The notes under the pieces are model-generated. The model ran no database searches. It saw only the letters and a list, made by a program, of their open reading frames with translations, and was not told where the DNA came from. From a virus (lineage: Duplodnaviria > Caudoviricetes): a DNA stretch of 25,107 nt. The DNA is taken from the IMG/VR virus record IMGVR_UViG_3300020314_000033, positions 1 through 25,107 of that record, one strand, 5' to 3'. Position numbers and translations under genes: made by a program. Shown piece by piece: positions 16,425-24,005 of this stretch. The number at the start of each line of letters is the position of its first letter. Position 1 is the first letter of the stretch.

Positions 16425-16745
16425 ATGAGTAAAGAAATAAAGATCAAACCTAGGTGTCTAACCTATACCCCAAAAAGTTATCATAAACCGGCCGCATATA
16501 CAGCAGATGGTTATATGCTTCCGTGTTGTTGGTTAGATGACCCTAAAAATGACTACGATATCGAAGAACGTTTTAAACTGAAAGCTACTCATCTTGCAGT
16601 TGAGAACAATGACAAATTAGAAGACATTTATGGTTCTAAAGAGTGGGAACACTTTTTCGATACTCTAGTTAACAACCCAAGTTGTGCAATGAAACAATGC
16701 CAATATAAGTGTGGCAATTTAGAAAAGGATAATTATAAGAAATGA
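16425..16745 (+). CDS. Stand-alone SPASM/twitch iron-sulfur domain protein
   Basis: IKPRC..YTADGYMLPCCW..CAMKQCQYKCG, with no CxxxCxxC radical SAM core. Start moved from 16416, which abuts the -10 box, to ATG 16425. Confidence 0.75.
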   Translation: MSKEIKIKPRCLTYTPKSYHKPAAYTADGYMLPCCWLDDPKNDYDIEERFKLKATHLAVENNDKLEDIYGSKEWEHFFDTLVNNPSCAMKQCQYKCGNLEKDNYKK

Positions 16746-17065
16746 ACTTAGACGATTACCAAGAACAAGCGAAAGCAACAGCAATCTACGATAAGAAACA
16801 TGCTATCATATACCCAGCTCTAGGACTTGCAGGCGAGGCAGGTGAAGTCTCAAACAAAGTAAAAAAACTATTAAGGGATGGATATGAGAATAATAAAGAT
16901 TATCGTAAAGAGATATCCGATGAAATTGGCGATGTACTCTGGTATGTTGCTGTATTGGCTGATGATATTGGGATTAAGCTTTCCGACATTGCTTTCAATA
17001 ATGTAGTTAAATTGAAAGACAGACAAGCAAGAAATGTAATCGGTGGTTCTGGCGATAAGAGATGA
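16742..17065 (+). CDS. mazG: MazG-like nucleoside triphosphate pyrophosphohydrolase
   Basis: LGLAGEAGEV..KVKK..EIGDVLWY..N..KL..R..R..IGGSGDKR. Confidence 0.92.
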   Translation: MNLDDYQEQAKATAIYDKKHAIIYPALGLAGEAGEVSNKVKKLLRDGYENNKDYRKEISDEIGDVLWYVAVLADDIGIKLSDIAFNNVVKLKDRQARNVIGGSGDKR

Positions 17066-17820
17066 GCGAATTAACAGACTACTATATTAAAATGCAGAGA
17101 GAGTCCTCTCCTAACTTAGATATATCTCATAGATGTATTTTGAGATGTCCACAATGTCTAAGACAAAAGGTTGAAGGTCAAAGTAGAATTACAAGATCGT
17201 TTGAATTAGAACCACATAACTTTCAAAAGATTTTAGATTACTACGATAACTGTATTACATTTTGTGGTCAAATATCTGATCCAATCTATCATCCAAGATT
17301 TTTACAATTCTTAAAGATGTGTGATGGTTTAGGTAAAGGTATTAGAGTTGCAACAAATGGAACACTTGGTCCTAAGATGGATATGTCGTTCTATGAAGAA
17401 GCATACAAATATTGTAAAGGTGAAATATCTTGGTACTTTGGTGTTGATGGTATAGACGAGAAGTCACAAATTTATCGTATTGGTTCTAACTTTGAACAAG
17501 TATGGGAAGCAATGAAACTTGGTGTGAAGATGGGTCATGCTATTGTATGGCAATATATCATCTTTGGTTATAACGAACATGAGGTAGAACGAGCAAAAGA
17601 GATCGCAGAGAAAGAAGGAATTACATTACTATTAATTAAAACAAACAGAGGGTTTGATCCTAGATCAAGGAATCTTAGAGGCAATGTTAAAAAAGCATAT
17701 GAGAACTTTCCTGTACCTAGTGATAAGAACCGAGTAAAGAAAATTAAGAGTGAGGAGTATTTTAATGTTACTCCAGAACTAGCACACTGGAGGAAAGTGA
17801 GAGAAGGATTAATAAAATGA
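17062..17820 (+). CDS. Radical SAM enzyme, core only (no SPASM domain)
   Basis: NLDISHRCILRCPQC, FCGQISDPIYHP, ATNG, FGVDG, YRIG, WQYIIFGYNEH. Confidence 0.88.
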   Translation: MSELTDYYIKMQRESSPNLDISHRCILRCPQCLRQKVEGQSRITRSFELEPHNFQKILDYYDNCITFCGQISDPIYHPRFLQFLKMCDGLGKGIRVATNGTLGPKMDMSFYEEAYKYCKGEISWYFGVDGIDEKSQIYRIGSNFEQVWEAMKLGVKMGHAIVWQYIIFGYNEHEVERAKEIAEKEGITLLLIKTNRGFDPRSRNLRGNVKKAYENFPVPSDKNRVKKIKSEEYFNVTPELAHWRKVREGLIK

Positions 17821-18686
17821 ATATAACATATAATAATAAAACAATTCCATTTTACAGTAATATACAATCACTTATACAAAAGTCACCATTCAAAGATGAT
17901 GCACTAAGAGATTGTGAATTTGATGATGAAGGTATACCTAAGAATTTAGTTGTATCATTATCAGGTGGTGCTGATTCAGCATCAGCATTATATCTAACAG
18001 CAAAACTATTTCCACAGATAAACGTACATCCACTAACGTTCCGTGATGTTAACGCACCACTAGACGCAGACGCAGCTGTAGAGATTGTAAAGTTTATTCA
18101 AAAACAATTTCCTAAAGCAAACGTAAATGATTGTACTATTTACAGTTACAACGATAGAGATGAGAGTACGTACGAACGAGCTCAAGCAATGATTGACAAA
18201 GGTGGTGATAGACCAGACAGTACAAATGAATACAGTAAATTAAATGTTGTACAGATGTCAAAGACAATGCAGTTAGACGATGGTAACAATAGATTTATGA
18301 AACAGTTTAAAGGTGCAGTTAGATTAGATGGTATGACTTCTAATCCACCTATTGAAGTTAGAATGAAGTTTGCTGATGAGATGAAAGAAGCACATCCTGA
18401 CATTGACTTTTCAGATTTTGAAATTAAAAGAACACAAGGCGAACCACGTAGAGATTATTATGCTGATAGAACAGAGTTTCTTTACAATGTTTACCAACCA
18501 TTTATTAGTGTTGATAAAAAGTTTGTTGCAGACATTTACAAACAAGAAGGACTAATGGATTCAATGTATCCAATGACACGTTCATGTGTTGGTGGTGCAG
18601 CTCACACTAATAATTTTACTGAATGGTGTTGGAGATGTTTCTGGTGTTATGAAAAGAAATGGGCATTTGATTTGGAGAGAACATAA
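17817..18686 (+). CDS. QueC-like PP-loop ATPase (adenine nucleotide alpha-hydrolase superfamily)
   Basis: VVSLSGGADS PP-loop; PF...DKK; TRSC..CWRCFWC metal-binding tail. Confidence 0.8.
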   Translation: MNITYNNKTIPFYSNIQSLIQKSPFKDDALRDCEFDDEGIPKNLVVSLSGGADSASALYLTAKLFPQINVHPLTFRDVNAPLDADAAVEIVKFIQKQFPKANVNDCTIYSYNDRDESTYERAQAMIDKGGDRPDSTNEYSKLNVVQMSKTMQLDDGNNRFMKQFKGAVRLDGMTSNPPIEVRMKFADEMKEAHPDIDFSDFEIKRTQGEPRRDYYADRTEFLYNVYQPFISVDKKFVADIYKQEGLMDSMYPMTRSCVGGAAHTNNFTEWCWRCFWCYEKKWAFDLERT

Positions 18687-19510
18687 TGGATATAAATGAA
18701 GCAATTAATAATTCAGGCAAAGTACATTATAACTATAATCGATTAGAGATACCTGAGAACGATTTAAAAACATTAATACATGCAGCTGCAAATGCACCAA
18801 CAAAGTATGATGAAGAACATTATTCGGTAAGAGTTTTTACAGACCAAAAAGTAATCTATGACATATACAAAGATTGTACAAAGTCTTATGGTCTTTATAA
18901 AGATGAAGAAGATTACAAGAAGTTATTCATTGAAGATAAAAATGGTGTGTACAGACAAAATGATAAAATGTCAATAACTAACTCACAAACATGGGCATCA
19001 GCATTATTTGTATTTGTACAACGTAACACTTATCCAAGAAGTGGTATGGGTTTAATTGCATCAGGCAAAACTCCTGTTAAAGGTGAAAAACATCAATGGT
19101 CAGACGAAGCAAAAGATACAGTGTCAGATCAATATAATGAAGATAAGATGTTATCTTTAGGTATATCCGCAGGTCAGTTAATTCTAGCTGCAAATATGCT
19201 TGGTTATAGAACTGGTGTCTGTTCAGGTTTTAAAATAGATGCACTACAATGGTATTTGAATGTTGGAAAAGAAATACACGAAGAACATTTTCTAGGTGGC
19301 ACACAAGGAGATGAATTAAGAAAAAAAGAAGCAAAACTAATGATAGGTATTGGTCATCCTAATACAGCAGATCCACGTATGCATCCAGAGTTATTAAATA
19401 AAGATTTAGAAGAAAAATTTAGAACGGGTGCAGACCATGAACATTTTATGTACCCTACTTGGGATAAAAAATGTCATGTGGAACTTAACGGAAAACTTTT
19501 TCAATCGTAG
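18686..19510 (+). CDS. Nitroreductase-family protein (paralog of 11479-12243)
   Basis: AAANAPTK, VRVFTD, ITNSQ..A.A.FVF, GISAGQLILAANMLGYRTGVCSGF, LMIGIGHPN and FRTG are shared with the paralog. Confidence 0.82.
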   Translation: MDINEAINNSGKVHYNYNRLEIPENDLKTLIHAAANAPTKYDEEHYSVRVFTDQKVIYDIYKDCTKSYGLYKDEEDYKKLFIEDKNGVYRQNDKMSITNSQTWASALFVFVQRNTYPRSGMGLIASGKTPVKGEKHQWSDEAKDTVSDQYNEDKMLSLGISAGQLILAANMLGYRTGVCSGFKIDALQWYLNVGKEIHEEHFLGGTQGDELRKKEAKLMIGIGHPNTADPRMHPELLNKDLEEKFRTGADHEHFMYPTWDKKCHVELNGKLFQS

Positions 19511-20033
19511 AGCAATCAACATCGATATATCACATCGTTGTGCTTTACTATGTCCAGGTTGTCAACGTCAACACCTAGACAAAATACCAGGCAGAGATAT
19601 TACTATGAAAGAAATTGAAAAACTTGCAAAACATTTTAAACGATTTATATTCTGTGGTCAATTATCTGATCCTGTACATCATCCGAAGTTTATAGAAATC
19701 ATTACATATCTAAGAAAGAAAAATATTGAAGTAGATATACACAATGCATCTTCTACTAAATCAGAGAAGTGGTACATCGAAGCATTTAAAGCAAATCCAG
19801 ATGCACAATGGACTTTTGGTATTGATGGTCTACCACATCAAAGTCATCAATACAGAATAAATCAGAATGGTAATAAGTTATTTGATATTATGAATAAAGC
19901 AAAAGAATATTTAAATACAATGCCTCACTGGCAGTATATTAAATTTGATTATAATAAAGACAATGTGGAGGTGGCAAAAAGAATTGCAATGCAAAACAAC
20001 TTGGGGTTCATTGAAATAGATTCAAACAGATGA
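19476..20033 (+). CDS. Radical SAM enzyme, core only (paralog of 17062-17820)
   Basis: NIDISHRCALLCPGC, FCGQLSDPVHHP, FGIDG, YRIN, WQYIKFDYN. Start placed at ATG 19476 (MWNLT); exact start uncertain. Confidence 0.85.
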   Translation: MWNLTENFFNRRAINIDISHRCALLCPGCQRQHLDKIPGRDITMKEIEKLAKHFKRFIFCGQLSDPVHHPKFIEIITYLRKKNIEVDIHNASSTKSEKWYIEAFKANPDAQWTFGIDGLPHQSHQYRINQNGNKLFDIMNKAKEYLNTMPHWQYIKFDYNKDNVEVAKRIAMQNNLGFIEIDSNR

Positions 20034-20350
20034 AACTAAAACCAAAATGTTTTGATAGCATGGAACTTGCAGTAGACAATCGTGGTCACTTAATACCTTG
20101 TTGTTATTGTGATACAGTTGCAACCAGAGAAGATAAAGAGTATCAAAAACTTTATGCAGTGAGTAAAATAAATGATTATGAGGATGTGAAAGAAATATTA
20201 ATGACAGATGAGTGGATTAAATTCAAAGATAATTTATTAAATGATATTGGTCCACCAGCATGTATTGATACATGTAGAGTAAAAGATGATTATAAGAAAA
20301 AAGAAAAATATACAATGCCAGATGGCAAGGAGATAAATCGTGTCGTCTAA
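20030..20350 (+). CDS. Stand-alone SPASM/twitch iron-sulfur domain protein (paralog of 16425-16745)
   Basis: LKPKC..VDNRGHLIPCCYCD..PPACIDTC; ATGA-coupled to the radical SAM core gene. Confidence 0.78.
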   Translation: MKLKPKCFDSMELAVDNRGHLIPCCYCDTVATREDKEYQKLYAVSKINDYEDVKEILMTDEWIKFKDNLLNDIGPPACIDTCRVKDDYKKKEKYTMPDGKEINRVV

Positions 20351-21038
20351 AAAACTAATGATAGTGAGTGGAGATAGTTTTACTACTAGTCGCTATATAT
20401 CTATGCATTATCCTAAAGTAAATACTGATTGGATAGTTTGGCCTGATCTAGTTGCTGATAAATTAAATATGACTTTAATTAATCTAGCAAAATCAGGTTA
20501 TGGTAATGAATATATTTACAGTTCTTTATTAGATGAGATTGTTAAATACCGAATAGAAGATATTGGTTTTGTGTTTGCAGGTTGGACAGAAGCAAAAAGA
20601 ATGGATTGGGCTGTTAAAGATTATTGGGATAGTGATTTAATGGTACAATCGTTTTTACAAACTAGAATGCCAGGTGGTGATGTACAACATCAAATTAAAA
20701 AATCATTAAGATATCAATATAGTTTTCAACAAATAATGAAATCATTAAATTTACCTTTTGCACAAATTCAAGTACACCGTTTAGGACGTGATGAAGATAT
20801 GAAACCTTTTACGACCAATTTTAAACCTAACAATTTTTGCAATTTCAAATTTGAAAAAACTTTCATAGATTATACTAGGCATTATAAGTGGGGTGCTGAA
20901 AGTGAGATAGTACCACATGAAGTAGAAAAGGGATATAGAATAGGTCCTGCTGATGAACACTTTAATGAGAAAGGTCATAAGTTATTTGCAGACTACATAC
21001 TTGATTCTATTAGTAAAAAGGATTTATTAAATGTCTAA
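20340..21038 (+). CDS. SGNH/GDSL hydrolase-like protein
   Basis: GDSFT (block I), NLAKSGYGN (block II), DEHFNEKGHKLFA (DxH block V); GTG start. Confidence 0.75.
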   Translation: MSSKKLMIVSGDSFTTSRYISMHYPKVNTDWIVWPDLVADKLNMTLINLAKSGYGNEYIYSSLLDEIVKYRIEDIGFVFAGWTEAKRMDWAVKDYWDSDLMVQSFLQTRMPGGDVQHQIKKSLRYQYSFQQIMKSLNLPFAQIQVHRLGRDEDMKPFTTNFKPNNFCNFKFEKTFIDYTRHYKWGAESEIVPHEVEKGYRIGPADEHFNEKGHKLFADYILDSISKKDLLNV

Positions 21039-21705
21039 GAAAATATTATTAGTAAGTGGATGTAGTTTTACAACAAGGTTTTGGACATCTGTACATCATC
21101 CTAAATTAGAAACAACTTGGGCAAAGTGGCCTGAGTTATTAGGTGAGAAGTTAAATATGGATGTTATCAACTTAGGTAATAGTGGTGCAGGTAATGAATA
21201 TATCTTTGCATCTCTTTACGATCATTTAAATCAAATAAACCACCAAGAGATTGGTATGGTTATAGCTGCATGGTCACAATGTCATAGACGAGATTGGTCA
21301 AAATTTGGACATTGGACTAATTTATATAATGACAAAGACGGTGATATGAATTATTTTTTACAAAAGTCTTTACGTTTCTATTATATGTTTCAGTGTTTAA
21401 CACAAGACTTACCAGCATATCAGTTTCAAATGATACGTATGCATAGTGGTATAGGTCTTACAGATAAACAGAGAGATCAGTTTACAAGAGAACTATATCA
21501 CAATCAATACTTTAAACTTATTGACAAGAAGAAGTTTTTAGGATGGCCAACTCTCAAATCACTTGAAGGTTGGAATATGAAAGACGATGTATTAGGTGGA
21601 TATGAAAGTGGTGGCTTAAAATATTCAGTATCAGAATATGATACACACCCTAACGCATTAGGTCAACAGAAAATAGCGGAGCACTTATATGATTTATTGG
21701 GATAG
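21031..21705 (+). CDS. SGNH/GDSL hydrolase-like protein (tandem paralog)
   Basis: GCSFT, NLGNSGAGN, DTHPNALGQQKIA. Confidence 0.75.
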   Translation: MSKKILLVSGCSFTTRFWTSVHHPKLETTWAKWPELLGEKLNMDVINLGNSGAGNEYIFASLYDHLNQINHQEIGMVIAAWSQCHRRDWSKFGHWTNLYNDKDGDMNYFLQKSLRFYYMFQCLTQDLPAYQFQMIRMHSGIGLTDKQRDQFTRELYHNQYFKLIDKKKFLGWPTLKSLEGWNMKDDVLGGYESGGLKYSVSEYDTHPNALGQQKIAEHLYDLLG

Positions 21706-22798
21706 AGAGTTTGTACAATACAAAGATGACTACATGAAGTTGTTTGAAAAATGTATGGCATCTCAACAAGAAGTAAATATAGAATTTTTAGAAAAAGATA
21801 TTGCAAAGTTTGTTGGTAGAAAACATGCAGTTGCTTTACAAAGTGGTACAGATGCTTTATACTTCGCACTTCAAGTACACGATATTGGTCCAGGCGATGA
21901 AGTCTTGGTACCAGACTATACTTGGATTTCTTCAGCATCATGTATATCAATGGTTGGTGCAACACCAGTATTCTGTGATGTAGATTTAGATACGTATCAT
22001 ATGTCACTAGACAGTATTAAGAGAATGGTTTCTGATAAAACAAAAGCAATCATATATCCACACTTACATGGTAGTATGACAGATTGTGCAGACATTAAAA
22101 GATATTGTAAAGCATTAAACATTTTATTTGTTGAAGATGCATGTCAAGCTTTAGGTTCACGTATCAAACAACCACTGGCAGGTTTAACATTTGATACTAC
22201 TTCCCACAATGAAGCAAGAGCAGGCACAATCGGTGATTGTTCTACATTGAGTTTCAATGCAAATAAAGTTGTTGCTGGTCTCGCAGGTGGTGGTGCGTTT
22301 CTAACAGACGATGGTGGTAAAGCTGCAGTTGTACAAAAGTTAAGAAAGAATGGTAAAGGTAAAGACTTTGAAATGTTAGGTCGTAACTCTAAAATGCTTT
22401 ATACCAACGCAGAGTTTATTAAGTATAGATTGAGCAGATTGGTTGAGTGGTCTAGTATGAGACGATCAGTTGCAAACAAATATAATTTCTTACTCAAAGG
22501 ATTGAACGTCAAACTACAAGTTGGTGCGCCAGGTTTAGAAAGTAACCATTTTAGATATACAGTCAGAGTAAAAGATAAACAAACTAGAGATTATCTTGCT
22601 ACAAAAATTGAGGGTGCAGGAATACATTATGATAAACCATTAAGTGAAAACAGTATGTATAAAAATATAATACATAGAAAGGACAACAATGTTAATAGCA
22701 AAACTATATGTGATACTATACTATCCTTACCTATTCATCCCTTTATGAGAGATGAAGAAATAGAAAGAGTTGCTAACACAATATTGATTCTAGGATGA
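21689..22798 (+). CDS. DegT/DnrJ/EryC1/StrS family sugar aminotransferase
   Basis: SGTDAL, IGPGDEVLVP, GATPVFCDVD, EDACQA, SFNANK (PLP Lys), GIHY, LSLPIHP. Confidence 0.95.
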   Translation: MIYWDREFVQYKDDYMKLFEKCMASQQEVNIEFLEKDIAKFVGRKHAVALQSGTDALYFALQVHDIGPGDEVLVPDYTWISSASCISMVGATPVFCDVDLDTYHMSLDSIKRMVSDKTKAIIYPHLHGSMTDCADIKRYCKALNILFVEDACQALGSRIKQPLAGLTFDTTSHNEARAGTIGDCSTLSFNANKVVAGLAGGGAFLTDDGGKAAVVQKLRKNGKGKDFEMLGRNSKMLYTNAEFIKYRLSRLVEWSSMRRSVANKYNFLLKGLNVKLQVGAPGLESNHFRYTVRVKDKQTRDYLATKIEGAGIHYDKPLSENSMYKNIIHRKDNNVNSKTICDTILSLPIHPFMRDEEIERVANTILILG

Positions 22799-23154
22799 GA
22801 GAAATAAAACACAATAAAGACTTCACAATGATTTGTGAAATAGACGAAAACGGTAACATGATTGATATTACCGACAAGTGTCCTATTGAGTTATGTCAAA
22901 ATTTCAATAAGATAATGAGTGGTTTGCTTGAAATAAATCCAAAACATCTTATTCATAATTTAGGTGGTGACGTTAATAATAGTCGGGATGAATTGGAATT
23001 ACAAAATATATATTATTATCTAATTGAAAAAACACACAAGACACCTGAGTGGACACAACAAGTAGATTTCAAACCAATACCACATATGAAATTACAAATT
23101 GCGTTTAATAGGTATTTTTACAATTATGTGTATGGTATACCTTACAACAAATGA
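22795..23154 (+). CDS. Hypothetical protein (119 aa)
   Basis: ATGA-coupled on both sides; no recognised motif. Confidence 0.6.
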   Translation: MREIKHNKDFTMICEIDENGNMIDITDKCPIELCQNFNKIMSGLLEINPKHLIHNLGGDVNNSRDELELQNIYYYLIEKTHKTPEWTQQVDFKPIPHMKLQIAFNRYFYNYVYGIPYNK

Positions 23155-24005
23155 AGTCATTAAAAGAAATACAAGAGAACTATCTAGCCATAGACTTTTT
23201 TCTGTCTATGTCATGTAATAAGAGTTGTCACTATTGTACAAGTTATACTTTAGAGATGAGAAACTTGACAGTTGACATGGACTTTTTAAGAAAGTGTTGT
23301 GACTATCTAAGTGACTATAAAGTTAGAGTATGTTTACTTGGTGGTGAACCAGGTTTAATTAAAAACTTAGATGAAGTGGTAAATGAAATTAAGAAGCATG
23401 ATAACTTTGTCTGTCAAGTTTTATCTAACTCTTTTGTACGTAAAAGATATCCACACATACTAGAGGATCCTGAAGTATTATATGTTGAACATTCTATCTT
23501 AGATTTCTACGAAGACAAGATTGAAAAACTTGGTAGTTTAGATTTGCTACCACCTTATGGTTTTTTACAACCAAACGATTGTAATAATTATAATCTAGTT
23601 ATTAGAACACCAAACTATTACAAGTACAAAGATAACCACACTGAGGAGTTGAAACAATTAGATCACAAGAATACAATGTGGAAATCATTCAATGGTAGAA
23701 CACCAAACAAAGATGATGTGTTAGCAGTACACGAACAAGCAGCTGAAATAGATCGTAAGATGTGTGCAGCCTTTCCACAAGTTCCTGTTATTGACTTTGA
23801 AAAAAGACACATAGTACATTGCAGTAAGAAATTTGCAAACAATCCAATACTATCAAAAACATTTGAGATTACGAAAGAGAACATAGATAAGATGATGAAC
23901 TTTAGATTATTTAAATACGAAAACTATTGTAAGAGTTGTATGGAGTGGGTAGAACCAACTGGTCACTTTAACTTAAAAAAATATGCGAGTGTTATCAATG
24001 AATAA
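23151..24005 (+). CDS. Radical SAM enzyme with C-terminal twitch-like cysteines
   Basis: CNKSCHYC, LLGGEPG, LSN; C-terminal MCAAF..IVHCSK..YCKSC. Confidence 0.88.
   Translation: MKSLKEIQENYLAIDFFLSMSCNKSCHYCTSYTLEMRNLTVDMDFLRKCCDYLSDYKVRVCLLGGEPGLIKNLDEVVNEIKKHDNFVCQVLSNSFVRKRYPHILEDPEVLYVEHSILDFYEDKIEKLGSLDLLPPYGFLQPNDCNNYNLVIRTPNYYKYKDNHTEELKQLDHKNTMWKSFNGRTPNKDDVLAVHEQAAEIDRKMCAAFPQVPVIDFEKRHIVHCSKKFANNPILSKTFEITKENIDKMMNFRLFKYENYCKSCMEWVEPTGHFNLKKYASVINE

Noticed and set aside
17062-18686. Calling the radical SAM plus PP-loop pair queE/queC
   Set aside because: The radical SAM lacks recognisable QueE features and pairs with a SPASM domain; other pathway genes are absent here.
20020-20040. 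Programmed frameshift or selenocysteine readthrough fusing the radical SAM core to its SPASM gene
   Set aside because: The TGA is part of an ordinary ATGA overlap in a different frame, no slippery heptamer is visible, and the paralogous pair is in reverse order.
14602-23884. Short antisense or nested ORFs in the track (14602, 15073, 15891, 17568, 18182, 20781, 21663, 21801, 23663; also 3367 and 6533)
   Set aside because: They lie inside or across well-supported genes and have no protein-like motifs.
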